NCBI GenBank assembly: GCA_964057225.1
Contig: OZ059894.1
Location: 11,656,001 to 11,720,000, forward strand
Source of the DNA: Auanema rhodensis
Lineage: Eukaryota > Animalia > Nematoda
Length of the DNA stretch: 64,000 nt
Direction: 5' to 3'
The notes under the pieces were generated by a model. That model made no database searches. It had not been told where the DNA came from and was given only the letters and a program-made list of their open reading frames with translations. The position numbers were made by a program, and so were the translations under genes. Below, in pieces: positions 22,199-37,077 of this stretch (its first letter is position 1; every line of letters begins with the position of its first letter).

Positions 22199-22340
22199 AA
22201 TGTCATATTCTTCATTATCAGTTATATCACTCTAAATCTTGTTGTTAATAGATACGACCACAAAGAAAACAACAGGAACAGTAACAATAACAAAAAAAAT
22301 TTTTTTTTCACCTATGTGTCTAAAGGTTAGCCATGTATCC

Positions 22341-22392
<52 letters not shown>

Positions 22393-23573
22393 ACAGTAAA
22401 AAGTCCAATCAAGAGAGAAATTTTTTCAACACATAGTTGTTTTTTTTTTAAATATCATTGTTTTTCCTCATAACTCGGTTTAAACTCGTTCTAACCCGTT
22501 GAAATACGTCTAGAAAGTCTTTATAACATGCATATGTATGATAGAACTTCATATTTATTGTAATAGAAAATTTTATTTTCAGACGTCTTGGTTAACAATG
22601 ATATGTTTTACCCCCTTATAATTTTTATCATAATGTTCCTTATACGGAACGCTCAATGAAACTTGCTTCCAGAAAAATTTCTTTCTATTTTTTCTTCATA
22701 TGTACGTAGATACTATAGAGAACTATGATAGAAAACTTTAACATTCACGAAATCATCATTTCTCATTACGCTACGGAGGTTTAAAAAGCTGTGTTTTACC
22801 TTATAATAGACCGGAAAACCCTTGTGTTAAAACTGGACCGTTTTTACACATATAAAAATGTCCCGTATTCGGGACCCTAATGTAACTTTTGATTCCCTAT
22901 ATTTTTTTTCATGAAATTTACAATCTACTGTAGAAAGAAGAATTATTTTTATAAAAACTGTAAATTTTTGAAAAATGAAAACAAAACGAAAACAAAAACA
23001 ACTTTTTTTTGAACATTTTCTCACACAAGGGTCCCCCCTTACCTACTTTTTTTCTCATTACTCGTTTCAACCTCATCCGATCACTCTGCAAACATGTTTA
23101 ATCGTTCTAACTTGTTGAAATACGTCTTAAAAGTCTAAACAACATGCATATGCATAATAGAAACCACCCGAATAGGCCCCCACGCACTAAACGAGATATA
23201 TACATTACCAGTATAGTAATAGAACACATATTGAAGATTAATTCGATAAGAACAATTTATTGACGTAGAGAATGTTTGTTCCGAAAAACTACAATATTAA
23301 ACTATAGAAGTAACAAAAGCGTAGAGGCAGCAAAGACATGAATAAACATAAATGTAAATACAGAATTACCAGGTAGTACATAAGTATGACAAAAAATTAT
23401 AAGAAAGCCATGAAAATAGAAGGTTTGTGAACAAATGAGAGGTACATCTTTGATCGTATAGTCATTTCTAAACCGTTCGTATGCTGCAGCATCGTCATAA
23501 GCGTCACTCAAGTTGAATTTCCATGTGTACTACACGATTTTCATTCTTATTGTTACATTCTTTCCCTGAGGGA

Positions 23574-23758
23574 ATGGGCCGTTCCCGCCAGCAGTGCAAG
23601 AGCGGGTCGACCCGTGAGGTGGAGCTAGCAAGCCAGCATCTACCTCAAGTCTCAAAAATCGGTTAACCTTATTGTGAACCAATGGAACACATATCGAAGG
23701 TTAATTCGATAAGAACGATTACTACACTTTGATCTTAGCCAAAAGGCCGAGAAGCGAT
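23574..23758 (-). ncRNA. U2: U2 snRNA
   Basis: Copy of 1689-1873. Confidence 0.97.
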
Positions 23759-24200
23759 ACAGCATAGCCATGAGTATCAAAGACATCAAGCAAATGTATC
23801 GTACTTGTTACGAGTGCACTCTCTCATTTGAATATAAAAGTGTGGTTTGACAATCTTGACTGTACAGGTCATAAATGGCTCATATAAACTGTGGATTTAC
23901 TCAACTTTTGGACTTATTTTTTTCTTATTCGAAGCGCTGCACTTTTTTCTATTCTTTTTATTCAAATACTTGTATATAGTTTTATATGTACGGTTGCAAA
24001 GTTTCCGAATATTTTATATATTTTTATACAATAATTAGGAGAAGGTTAATACAATGAAATCTCCCAACTTTACAGTGTTTGTATTGCTTACAGTATCTAG
24101 AACAACCACTCTTGTAATATTAGAGCACATATCAATCAACAACTTTTTCTAGTTATCAAAGCTTTTTTATTTCTTCAAGATATTTCAAATAAAATATAAA

Positions 24201-24319
24201 AGCTTACGACACCCGGGATTCCCAAGCCGTCTCCGATCCAAGTACTAACCGGGCCCAACGTTGCTTGACTTGCCAGATCGGACGGGATGGCGTACTTTCA
24301 ACGTGGTATGGTCGTAAGC
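24201..24319 (-). rRNA. 5S rRNA
   Basis: Copy of 201-319. Confidence 0.98.
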
Positions 24320-24560
24320 AATGTTATATTCTTCATTATCAGTTATATCACTCTAAATCTTGTTGTTAATAGTTAGGACCACAAAGAAAACAACAGGAAC
24401 AGTAACAAATGAAATGCCCAAACTTTACAGTGTTCGAGTTATTTACAGTATCTAAGACTACCTCTGTCGTGTTATTAGAGCAAACATTCGATTAACAACA
24501 ACTTTTTTTTAGTTATCAAAGCTTTTTTATTTCTTCAAAAAATTTCAAATAAAATATAAA

Positions 24561-24679
24561 AGCTTACGACACCCTGGATTCCCAAGCCGTCTCCGATCCA
24601 AGTACTAACCGGGCCCAACGTTGCTTGACTTGCCAGATCGGACGGGATGGCGTACTTTCAACGTGGTATGGTCGTAAGC
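24561..24679 (-). rRNA. 5S rRNA (C105A variant)
   Basis: Copy of 201-319 with g->t at 24575. Confidence 0.96.
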
Positions 24680-24821
24680 AATGTCATATTCTTCATTATC
24701 AGTTATATCACTCTAAATCTTGTTGTTAATAGATACGACCACAAAGAAAACAACAGGAACAGTAACAATAACAAAAAAAATTTTTTTTTCACCTATGTGT
24801 CTAAAGGTTAGCCATGTATCC

Positions 24822-24861
<40 letters not shown>

Positions 24862-26042
24862 ACAGTAAAAAGTCCAATCAAGAGAGAAATTTTTTCAACA
24901 CATAGTTGTTTTTTTTTTAAATATCATTGTTTTTCCTCATAACTCGGTTTAAACTCGTTCTAACCCGTTGAAATACGTCTAGAAAGTCTTTATAACATGC
25001 ATATGTATGATAGAACTTCATATTTATTGTAATAGAAAATTTTATTTTCAGACGTCTTGGTTAACAATGATATGTTTTACCCCCTTATAATTTTTATCAT
25101 AATGTTCCTTATACGGAACGCTCAATGAAACTTGCTTCCAGAAAAATTTCTTTCTATTTTTTCTTCATATGTACGTAGATACTATAGAGAACTATGATAG
25201 AAAACTTTAACATTCACGAAATCATCATTTCTCATTACGCTACGGAGGTTTAAAAAGCTGTGTTTTACCTTATAATAGACCGGAAAACCCTTGTGTTAAA
25301 ACTGGACCGTTTTTACACATATAAAAATGTCCCGTATTCGGGACCCTAATGTAACTTTTGATTCCCTATATTTTTTTTCATGAAATTTACAATCTACTGT
25401 AGAAAGAAGAATTATTTTTATAAAAACTGTAAATTTTTGAAAAATGAAAACAAAACGAAAACAAAAACAACTTTTTTTTGAACATTTTCTCACACAAGGG
25501 TCCCCCCTTACCTACTTTTTTTCTCATTACTCGTTTCAACCTCATCCGATCACTCTGCAAACATGTTTAATCGTTCTAACTTGTTGAAATACGTCTTAAA
25601 AGTCTAAACAACATGCATATGCATAATAGAAACCACCCGAATAGGCCCCCACGCACTAAACGAGATATATACATTACCAGTATAGTAATAGAACACATAT
25701 TGAAGATTAATTCGATAAGAACAATTTATTGACGTAGAGAATGTTTGTTCCGAAAAACTACAATATTAAACTATAAAAGTAACAAAAGCGTAGAGGCAGC
25801 AAAGACATGAATAAACATAAATGTAAATACAGAATTACCAGGTAGTACATAAGTATGACAAAAAATTATAAGAAAGCCATGAAAATAGAAGGTTTGTGAA
25901 CAAATGAGAGGTACATCTTTGATCGTATAGTCATTTCTAAACCGTTCGTATGCTGCAGCATCGTCATAAGCGTCACTCAAGTTGAATTTCCATGTGTACT
26001 ACACGATTTTCATTCTTATTGTTACATTCTTTCCCTGAGGGA

Positions 26043-26227
26043 ATGGGCCGTTCCCGCCAGCAGTGCAAGAGCGGGTCGACCCGTGAGGTGGAGCTAGCAA
26101 GCCAGCATCTACCTCAAGTCTCAAAAATCGGTTAACCTTATTGTGAACCAATGGAACACATATCGAAGGTTAATTCGATAAGAACGATTACTACACTTTG
26201 ATCTTAGCCAAAAGGCCGAGAAGCGAT
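26043..26227 (-). ncRNA. U2: U2 snRNA
   Basis: Copy of 1689-1873. Confidence 0.97.
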
Positions 26228-26669
26228 ACAGCATAGCCATGAGTATCAAAGACATCAAGCAAATGTATCGTACTTGTTACGAGTGCACTCTCTCATTTGA
26301 ATATAAAAGTGTGGTTTGACAATCTTGACTGTACAGGTCATAAATGGCTCATATAAACTGTGGATTTACTCAACTTTTGGACTTATTTTTTTCTTATTCG
26401 AAGCGCTGCACTTTTTTCTATTCTTTTTATTCAAATACTTGTATATAGTTTTATATGTACGGTTGCAAAGTTTCCGAATATTTTATATATTTTTATACAA
26501 TAATTAGGAGAAGGTTAATACAATGAAATCTCCCAACTTTACAGTGTTTGTATTGCTTACAGTATCTAGAACAACCACTCTTGTAATATTAGAGCACATA
26601 TCAATCAACAACTTTTTCTAGTTATCAAAGCTTTTTTATTTCTTCAAGATATTTCAAATAAAATATAAA

Positions 26670-26788
26670 AGCTTACGACACCCGGGATTCCCAAGCCGTC
26701 TCCGATCCAAGTACTAACCGGGCCCAACGTTGCTTGACTTGCCAGATCGGACGGGATGGCGTACTTTCAACGTGGTATGGTCGTAAGC
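26670..26788 (-). rRNA. 5S rRNA
   Basis: Copy of 201-319. Confidence 0.98.
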
Positions 26789-27029
26789 AATGTTATATTC
26801 TTCATTATCAGTTATATCACTCTAAATCTTGTTGTTAATAGTTAGGACCACAAAGAAAACAACAGGAACAGTAACAAATGAAATGCCCAAACTTTACAGT
26901 GTTCGAGTTATTTACAGTATCTAAGACTACCTCTGTCGTGTTATTAGAGCAAACATTCGATTAACAACAACTTTTTTTTAGTTATCAAAGCTTTTTTATT
27001 TCTTCAAAAAATTTCAAATAAAATATAAA

Positions 27030-27148
27030 AGCTTACGACACCCGGGATTCCCAAGCCGTCTCCGATCCAAGTACTAACCGGGCCCAACGTTGCTTGACTT
27101 GCCAGATCGGACGGGATGGCGTACTTTCAACGTGGTATGGTCGTAAGC
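27030..27148 (-). rRNA. 5S rRNA
   Basis: Copy of 201-319. Confidence 0.98.
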
Positions 27149-27291
27149 AATGTCATATTCTTCATTATCAGTTATATCACTCTAAATCTTGTTGTTAATA
27201 GATACGACCACAAAGAAAACAACAGGAACAGTAACAATAACAAAAAAAATTTTTTTTTCACCTATGTGTCTAAAGGTTAGCCATGTATCCG

Positions 27292-27357
<66 letters not shown>

Positions 27358-28538
27358 ACAGTAAAAAGTCCAATCAAGAGAGAAATTTTTTCAACACATA
27401 GTTGTTTTTTTTTTAAATATCATTGTTTTTCCTCATAACTCGGTTTAAACTCGTTCTAACCCGTTGAAATACGTCTAGAAAGTCTTTATAACATGCATAT
27501 GTATGATAGAACTTCATATTTATTGTAATAGAAAATTTTATTTTCAGACGTCTTGGTTAACAATGATATGTTTTACCCCCTTATAATTTTTATCATAATG
27601 TTCCTTATACGGAACGCTCAATGAAACTTGCTTCCAGAAAAATTTCTTTCTATTTTTTCTTCATATGTACGTAGATACTATAGAGAACTATGATAGAAAA
27701 CTTTAACATTCACGAAATCATCATTTCTCATTACGCTACGGAGGTTTAAAAAGCTGTGTTTTACCTTATAATAGACCGGAAAACCCTTGTGTTAAAACTG
27801 GACCGTTTTTACACATATAAAAATGTCCCGTATTCGGGACCCTAATGTAACTTTTGATTCCCTATATTTTTTTTCATGAAATTTACAATCTACTGTAGAA
27901 AGAAGAATTATTTTTATAAAAACTGTAAATTTTTGAAAAATGAAAACAAAACGAAAACAAAAACAACTTTTTTTTGAACATTTTCTCACACAAGGGTCCC
28001 CCCTTACCTACTTTTTTTCTCATTACTCGTTTCAACCTCATCCGATCACTCTGCAAACATGTTTAATCGTTCTAACTTGTTGAAATACGTCTTAAAAGTC
28101 TAAACAACATGCATATGCATAATAGAAACCACCCGAATAGGCCCCCACGCACTAAACAAGATATATACATTACCAGTATAGTAATAGAACACATATTGAA
28201 GATTAATTCGATAAGAACAATTTATTGACGTAGAGAATGTTTGTTCCGAAAAACTACAATATTAAACTATAAAAGTAACAAAAGCGTAGAGGCAGCAAAG
28301 ACATGAATAAACATAAATGTAAATACAGAATTACCAGGTAGTACATAAGTATGACAAAAAATTATAAGAAAGCCATGAAAATAGAAGGTTTGTGAACAAA
28401 TGAGAGGTACATCTTTGATCGTATAGTCATTTCTAAACCGTTCGTATGCTGCAGCATCGTCATAAGCGTCACTCAAGTTGAATTTCCATGTGTACTACAC
28501 GATTTTCATTCTTATTGTTACATTCTTTCCCTGAGGGA

Positions 28539-28723
28539 ATGGGCCGTTCCCGCCAGCAGTGCAAGAGCGGGTCGACCCGTGAGGTGGAGCTAGCAAGCCA
28601 GCATCTACCTCAAGTCTCAAAAATCGGTTAACCTTATTGTGAACCAATGGAACACATATCGAAGGTTAATTCGATAAGAACGATTACTACACTTTGATCT
28701 TAGCCAAAAGGCCGAGAAGCGAT
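28539..28723 (-). ncRNA. U2: U2 snRNA
   Basis: Copy of 1689-1873. Confidence 0.97.
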
Positions 28724-29165
28724 ACAGCATAGCCATGAGTATCAAAGACATCAAGCAAATGTATCGTACTTGTTACGAGTGCACTCTCTCATTTGAATAT
28801 AAAAGTGTGGTTTGACAATCTTGACTGTACAGGTCATAAATGGCTCATATAAACTGTGGATTTACTCAACTTTTGGACTTATTTTTTTCTTATTCGAAGC
28901 GCTGCACTTTTTTCTATTCTTTTTATTCAAATACTTGTATATAGTTTTATATGTACGGTTGCAAAGTTTCCGAATATTTTATATATTTTTATACAATAAT
29001 TAGGAGAAGGTTAATACAATGAAATCTCCCAACTTTACAGTGTTTGTATTGCTTACAGTATCTAGAACAACCACTCTTGTAATATTAGAGCACATATCAA
29101 TCAACAACTTTTTCTAGTTATCAAAGCTTTTTTATTTCTTCAAGATATTTCAAATAAAATATAAA

Positions 29166-29284
29166 AGCTTACGACACCCGGGATTCCCAAGCCGTCTCCG
29201 ATCCAAGTACTAACCGGGCCCAACGTTGCTTGACTTGCCAGATCGGACGGGATGGCGTACTTTCAACGTGGTATGGTCGTAAGC
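29166..29284 (-). rRNA. 5S rRNA
   Basis: Copy of 201-319. Confidence 0.98.
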
Positions 29285-29525
29285 AATGTTATATTCTTCA
29301 TTATCAGTTATATCACTCTAAATCTTGTTGTTAATAGTTAGGACCACAAAGAAAACAACAGGAACAGTAACAAATGAAATGCCCAAACTTTACAGTGTTC
29401 GAGTTATTTACAGTATCTAAGACTACCTCTGTCGTGTTATTAGAGCAAACATTCGATTAACAACAACTTTTTTTTAGTTATCAAAGCTTTTTTATTTCTT
29501 CAAAAAATTTCAAATAAAATATAAA

Positions 29526-29644
29526 AGCTTACGACACCCGGGATTCCCAAGCCGTCTCCGATCCAAGTACTAACCGGGCCCAACGTTGCTTGACTTGCCA
29601 GATCGGACGGGATGGCGTACTTTCAACGTGGTATGGTCGTAAGC
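29526..29644 (-). rRNA. 5S rRNA
   Basis: Copy of 201-319. Confidence 0.98.
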
Positions 29645-29786
29645 AATGTCATATTCTTCATTATCAGTTATATCACTCTAAATCTTGTTGTTAATAGATA
29701 CGACCACAAAGAAAACAACAGGAACAGTAACAATAACAAAAAAAATTTTTTTTTCACCTATGTGTCTAAAGGTTAGCCATGTATCC

Positions 29787-29834
<48 letters not shown>

Positions 29835-31015
29835 ACAGTAAAAAGTCCAATCAAGAGAGAAATTTTTTCAACACATAGTTGTTTTTTTTTTAAATATCAT
29901 TGTTTTTCCTCATAACTCGGTTTAAACTCGTTCTAACCCGTTGAAATACGTCTAGAAAGTCTTTATAACATGCATATGTATGATAGAACTTCATATTTAT
30001 TGTAATAGAAAATTTTATTTTCAGACGTCTTGGTTAACAATGATATGTTTTACCCCCTTATAATTTTTATCATAATGTTCCTTATACGGAACGCTCAATG
30101 AAACTTGCTTCCAGAAAAATTTCTTTCTATTTTTTCTTCATATGTACGTAGATACTATAGAGAACTATGATAGAAAACTTTAACATTCACGAAATCATCA
30201 TTTCTCATTACGCTACGGAGGTTTAAAAAGCTGTGTTTTACCTTATAATAGACCGGAAAACCCTTGTGTTAAAACTGGACCGTTTTTACACATATAAAAA
30301 TGTCCCGTATTCGGGACCCTAATGTAACTTTTGATTCCCTATATTTTTTTTCATGAAATTTACAATCTACTGTAGAAAGAAGAATTATTTTTATAAAAAC
30401 TGTAAATTTTTGAAAAATGAAAACAAAACGAAAACAAAAACAACTTTTTTTTGAACATTTTCTCACACAAGGGTCCCCCCTTACCTACTTTTTTTCTCAT
30501 TACTCGTTTCAACCTCATCCGATCACTCTGCAAACATGTTTAATCGTTCTAACTTGTTGAAATACGTCTTAAAAGTCTAAACAACATGCATATGCATAAT
30601 AGAAACCACCCGAATAGGCCCCCACGCACTAAACGAGATATATACATTACCAGTATAGTAATAGAACACATATTGAAGATTAATTCGATAAGAACAATTT
30701 ATTGACGTAGAGAATGTTTGTTCCGAAAAACTACAATATTAAACTATAAAAGTAACAAAAGCGTAGAGGCAGCAAAGACATGAATAAACATAAATGTAAA
30801 TACAGAATTACCAGGTAGTACATAAGTATGACAAAAAATTATAAGAAAGCCATGAAAATAGAAGGTTTGTGAACAAATGAGAGGTACATCTTTGATCGTA
30901 TAGTCATTTCTAAACCGTTCGTATGCTGCAGCATCGTCATAAGCGTCACTCAAGTTGAATTTCCATGTGTACTACACGATTTTCATTCTTATTGTTACAT
31001 TCTTTCCCTGAGGGA

Positions 31016-31200
31016 ATGGGCCGTTCCCGCCAGCAGTGCAAGAGCGGGTCGACCCGTGAGGTGGAGCTAGCAAGCCAGCATCTACCTCAAGTCTCAAAAA
31101 TCGGTTAACCTTATTGTGAACCAATGGAACACATATCGAAGGTTAATTCGATAAGAACGATTACTACACTTTGATCTTAGCCAAAAGGCCGAGAAGCGAT
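31016..31200 (-). ncRNA. U2: U2 snRNA
   Basis: Copy of 1689-1873. Confidence 0.97.
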
Positions 31201-31642
31201 ACAGCATAGCCATGAGTATCAAAGACATCAAGCAAATGTATCGTACTTGTTACGAGTGCACTCTCTCATTTGAATATAAAAGTGTGGTTTGACAATCTTG
31301 ACTGTACAGGTCATAAATGGCTCATATAAACTGTGGATTTACTCAACTTTTGGACTTATTTTTTTCTTATTCGAAGCGCTGCACTTTTTTCTATTCTTTT
31401 TATTCAAATACTTGTATATAGTTTTATATGTACGGTTGCAAAGTTTCCGAATATTTTATATATTTTTATACAATAATTAGGAGAAGGTTAATACAATGAA
31501 ATCTCCCAACTTTACAGTGTTTGTATTGCTTACAGTATCTAGAACAACCACTCTTGTAATATTAGAGCACATATCAATCAACAACTTTTTCTAGTTATCA
31601 AAGCTTTTTTATTTCTTCAAGATATTTCAAATAAAATATAAA

Positions 31643-31761
31643 AGCTTACGACACCCGGGATTCCCAAGCCGTCTCCGATCCAAGTACTAACCGGGCCCAA
31701 CGTTGCTTGACTTGCCAGATCGGACGGGATGGCGTACTTTCAACGTGGTATGGTCGTAAGC
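31643..31761 (-). rRNA. 5S rRNA
   Basis: Copy of 201-319. Confidence 0.98.
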
Positions 31762-32002
31762 AATGTTATATTCTTCATTATCAGTTATATCACTCTAAAT
31801 CTTGTTGTTAATAGTTAGGACCACAAAGAAAACAACAGGAACAGTAACAAATGAAATGCCCAAACTTTACAGTGTTCGAGTTATTTACAGTATCTAAGAC
31901 TACCTCTGTCGTGTTATTAGAGCAAACATTCGATTAACAACAACTTTTTTTTAGTTATCAAAGCTTTTTTATTTCTTCAAAAAATTTCAAATAAAATATA
32001 AA

Positions 32003-32121
32003 AGCTTACGACACCCGGGATTCCCAAGCCGTCTCCGATCCAAGTACTAACCGGGCCCAACGTTGCTTGACTTGCCAGATCGGACGGGATGGCGTACTTT
32101 CAACGTGGTATGGTCGTAAGC
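32003..32121 (-). rRNA. 5S rRNA
   Basis: Copy of 201-319. Confidence 0.98.
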
Positions 32122-32263
32122 AATGTCATATTCTTCATTATCAGTTATATCACTCTAAATCTTGTTGTTAATAGATACGACCACAAAGAAAACAACAGGA
32201 ACAGTAACAATAACAAAAAAAATTTTTTTTTCACCTATGTGTCTAAAGGTTAGCCATGTATCC

Positions 32264-32309
<46 letters not shown>

Positions 32310-33490
32310 ACAGTAAAAAGTCCAATCAAGAGAGAAATTTTTTCAACACATAGTTGTTGTTTTTTTAAATATCATTGTTTTTCCTCATAACTCGGTTTAA
32401 ACTCGTTCTAACCCGTTGAAATACGTCTAGAAAGTCTTTATAACATGCATATGTATGATAGAACTTCATATTTATTGTAATAGAAAATTTTATTTTCAGA
32501 CGTCTTGGTTAACAATGATATGTTTTACCCCCTTATAATTTTTATCATAATGTTCCTTATACGGAACGCTCAATGAAACTTGCTTCCAGAAAAATTTCTT
32601 TCTATTTTTTCTTCATATGTACGTAGATACTATAGAGAACTATGATAGAAAACTTTAACATTCACGAAATCATCATTTCTCATTACGCTACGGAGGTTTA
32701 AAAAGCTGTGTTTTACCTTATAATAGACCGGAAAACCCTTGTGTTAAAACTGGACCGTTTTTACACATATAAAAATGTCCCGTATTCGGGACCCTAATGT
32801 AACTTTTGATTCCCTATATTTTTTTTCATGAAATTTACAATCTACTGTAGAAAGAAGAATTATTTTTATAAAAACTGTAAATTTTTGAAAAATGAAAACA
32901 AAACGAAAACAAAAACAACTTTTTTTTGAACATTTTCTCACACAAGGGTCCCCCCTTACCTACTTTTTTTCTCATTACTCGTTTCAACCTCATCCGATCA
33001 CTCTGCAAACATGTTTAATCGTTCTAACTTGTTGAAATACGTCTTAAAAGTCTAAACAACATGCATATGCATAATAGAAACCACCCGAATAGGCCCCCAC
33101 GCACTAAACGAGATATATACATTACCAGTATAGTAATAGAACACATATTGAAGATTAATTCGATAAGAACAATTTATTGACGTAGAGAATGTTTGTTCCG
33201 AAAAACTACAATATTAAACTATAAAAGTAACAAAAGCGTAGAGGCAGCAAAGACATGAATAAACATAAATGTAAATACAGAATTACCAGGTAGTACATAA
33301 GTATGACAAAAAATTATAAGAAAGCCATGAAAATAGAAGGTTTGTGAACAAATGAGAGGTACATCTTTGATCGTATAGTCATTTCTAAACCGTTCGTATG
33401 CTGCAGCATCGTCATAAGCGTCACTCAAGTTGAATTTCCATGTGTACTACACGATTTTCATTCTTATTGTTACATTCTTTCCCTGAGGGA

Positions 33491-33675
33491 ATGGGCCGTT
33501 CCCGCCAGCAGTGCAAGAGCGGGTCGACCCGTGAGGTGGAGCTAGCAAGCCAGCATCTACCTCAAGTCTCAAAAATCGGTTAACCTTATTGTGAACCAAT
33601 GGAACACATATCGAAGGTTAATTCGATAAGAACGATTACTACACTTTGATCTTAGCCAAAAGGCCGAGAAGCGAT
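33491..33675 (-). ncRNA. U2: U2 snRNA
   Basis: Copy of 1689-1873; substitution just upstream at 33679. Confidence 0.97.
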
Positions 33676-34117
33676 ACATCATAGCCATGAGTATCAAAGA
33701 CATCAAGCAAATGTATCGTACTTGTTACGAGTGCACTCTCTCATTTGAATATAAAAGTGTGGTTTGACAATCTTGACTGTACAGGTCATAAATGGCTCAT
33801 ATAAACTGTGGATTTACTCAACTTTTGGACTTATTTTTTTCTTATTCGAAGCGCTGCACTTTTTTCTATTCTTTTTATTCAAATACTTGTATATAGTTTT
33901 ATATGTACGGTTGCAAAGTTTCCGAATATTTTATATATTTTTATACAATAATTAGGAGAAGGTTAATACAATGAAATCTCCCAACTTTACAGTGTTTGTA
34001 TTGCTTACAGTATCTAGAACAACCACTCTTGTAATATTAGAGCACATATCAATCAACAACTTTTTCTAGTTATCAAAGCTTTTTTATTTCTTCAAGATAT
34101 TTCAAATAAAATATAAA

Positions 34118-34236
34118 AGCTTACGACACCCGGGATTCCCAAGCCGTCTCCGATCCAAGTACTAACCGGGCCCAACGTTGCTTGACTTGCCAGATCGGAC
34201 GGGATGGCGTACTTTCAACGTGGTATGGTCGTAAGC
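34118..34236 (-). rRNA. 5S rRNA
   Basis: Copy of 201-319. Confidence 0.98.
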
Positions 34237-34477
34237 AATGTTATATTCTTCATTATCAGTTATATCACTCTAAATCTTGTTGTTAATAGTTAGGACCACA
34301 AAGAAAACAACAGGAACAGTAACAAATGAAATGCCCAAACTTTACAGTGTTCGAGTTATTTACAGTATCTAAGACTACCTCTGTCGTGTTATTAGAGCAA
34401 ACATTCGATTAACAACAACTTTTTTTTAGTTATCAAAGCTTTTTTATTTCTTCAAAAAATTTCAAATAAAATATAAA

Positions 34478-34596
34478 AGCTTACGACACCCGGGATTCCC
34501 AAGCCGTCTCCGATCCAAGTACTAACCGGGCCCAACGTTGCTTGACTTGCCAGATCGGACGGGATGGCGTACTTTCAACGTGGTATGGTCGTAAGC
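34478..34596 (-). rRNA. 5S rRNA
   Basis: Copy of 201-319. Confidence 0.98.
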
Positions 34597-34738
34597 AATG
34601 TCATATTCTTCATTATCAGTTATATCACTCTAAATCTTGTTGTTAATAGATACGACCACAAAGAAAACAACAGGAACAGTAACAATAACAAAAAAAATTT
34701 TTTTTTCACCTATGTGTCTAAAGGTTAGCCATGTATCC

Positions 34739-34790
<52 letters not shown>

Positions 34791-35971
34791 ACAGTAAAAA
34801 GTCCAATCAAGAGAGAAATTTTTTCAACACATAGTTGTTTTTTTTTTAAATATCATTGTTTTTCCTCATAACTCGGTTTAAACTCGTTCTAACCCGTTGA
34901 AATACGTCTAGAAAGTCTTTATAACATGCATATGTATGATAGAACTTCATATTTATTGTAATAGAAAATTTTATTTTCAGACGTCTTGGTTAACAATGAT
35001 ATGTTTTACCCCCTTATAATTTTTATCATAATGTTCCTTATACGGAACGCTCAATGAAACTTGCTTCCAGAAAAATTTCTTTCTATTTTTTCTTCATATG
35101 TACGTAGATACTATAGAGAACTATGATAGAAAACTTTAACATTCACGAAATCATCATTTCTCATTACGCTACGGAGGTTTAAAAAGCTGTGTTTTACCTT
35201 ATAATAGACCGGAAAACCCTTGTGTTAAAACTGGACCGTTTTTACACATATAAAAATGTCCCGTATTCGGGACCCTAATGTAACTTTTGATTCCCTATAT
35301 TTTTTTTCATGAAATTTACAATCTACTGTAGAAAGAAGAATTATTTTTATAAAAACTGTAAATTTTTGAAAAATGAAAACAAAACGAAAACAAAAACAAC
35401 TTTTTTTTGAACATTTTCTCACACAAGGGTCCCCCCTTACCTACTTTTTTTCTCATTACTCGTTTCAACCTCATCCGATCACTCTGCAAACATGTTTAAT
35501 CGTTCTAACTTGTTGAAATACGTCTTAAAAGTCTAAACAACATGCATATGCATAATAGAAACCACCCGAATAGGCCCCCACGCACTAAACGAGATATATA
35601 CATTACCAGTATAGTAATAGAACACATATTGAAGATTAATTCGATAAGAACAATTTATTGACGTAGAGAATGTTTGTTCCGAAAAACTACAATATTAAAC
35701 TATAAAAGTAACAAAAGCGTAGAGGCAGCAAAGACATGAATAAACATAAATGTAAATACAGAATTACCAGGTAGTACATAAGTATGACAAAAAATTATAA
35801 GAAAGCCATGAAAATAGAAGGTTTGTGAACAAATGAGAGGTACATCTTTGATCGTATAGTCATTTCTAAACCGTTCGTATGCTGCAGCATCGTCATAAGC
35901 GTCACTCAAGTTGAATTTCCATGTGTACTACACGATTTTCATTCTTATTGTTACATTCTTTCCCTGAGGGA

Positions 35972-36156
35972 ATGGGCCGTTCCCGCCAGCAGTGCAAGAG
36001 CGGGTCGACCCGTGAGGTGGAGCTAGCAAGCCAGCATCTACCTCAAGTCTCAAAAATCGGTTAACCTTATTGTGAACCAATGGAACACATATCGAAGGTT
36101 AATTCGATAAGAACGATTACTACACTTTGATCTTAGCCAAAAGGCCGAGAAGCGAT
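35972..36156 (-). ncRNA. U2: U2 snRNA
   Basis: Copy of 1689-1873. Confidence 0.97.
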
Positions 36157-36598
36157 ACAGCATAGCCATGAGTATCAAAGACATCAAGCAAATGTATCGT
36201 ACTTGTTACGAGTGCACTCTCTCATTTGAATATAAAAGTGTGGTTTGACAATCTTGACTGTACAGGTCATAAATGGCTCATATAAACTGTGGATTTACTC
36301 AACTTTTGGACTTATTTTTTTCTTATTCGAAGCGCTGCACTTTTTTCTATTCTTTTTATTCAAATACTTGTATATAGTTTTATATGTACGGTTGCAAAGT
36401 TTCCGAATATTTTATATATTTTTATACAATAATTAGGAGAAGGTTAATACAATGAAATCTCCCAACTTTACAGTGTTTGTATTGCTTACAGTATCTAGAA
36501 CAACCACTCTTGTAATATTAGAGCACATATCAATCAACAACTTTTTCTAGTTATCAAAGCTTTTTTATTTCTTCAAGATATTTCAAATAAAATATAAA

Positions 36599-36717
36599 AG
36601 CTTACGACACCCGGGATTCCCAAGCCGTCTCCGATCCAAGTACTAACCGGGCCCAACGTTGCTTGACTTGCCAGATCGGACGGGATGGCGTACTTTCAAC
36701 GTGGTATGGTCGTAAGC
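36599..36717 (-). rRNA. 5S rRNA
   Basis: Copy of 201-319. Confidence 0.98.
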
Positions 36718-36958
36718 AATGTTATATTCTTCATTATCAGTTATATCACTCTAAATCTTGTTGTTAATAGTTAGGACCACAAAGAAAACAACAGGAACAG
36801 TAACAAATGAAATGCCCAAACTTTACAGTGTTCGAGTTATTTACAGTATCTAAGACTACCTCTGTCGTGTTATTAGAGCAAACATTCGATTAACAACAAC
36901 TTTTTTTTAGTTATCAAAGCTTTTTTATTTCTTCAAAAAATTTCAAATAAAATATAAA

Positions 36959-37077
36959 AGCTTACGACACCCGGGATTCCCAAGCCGTCTCCGATCCAAG
37001 TACTAACCGGGCCCAACGTTGCTTGACTTGCCAGATCGGACGGGATGGCGTACTTTCAACGTGGTATGGTCGTAAGC
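36959..37077 (-). rRNA. 5S rRNA
   Basis: Copy of 201-319. Confidence 0.98.
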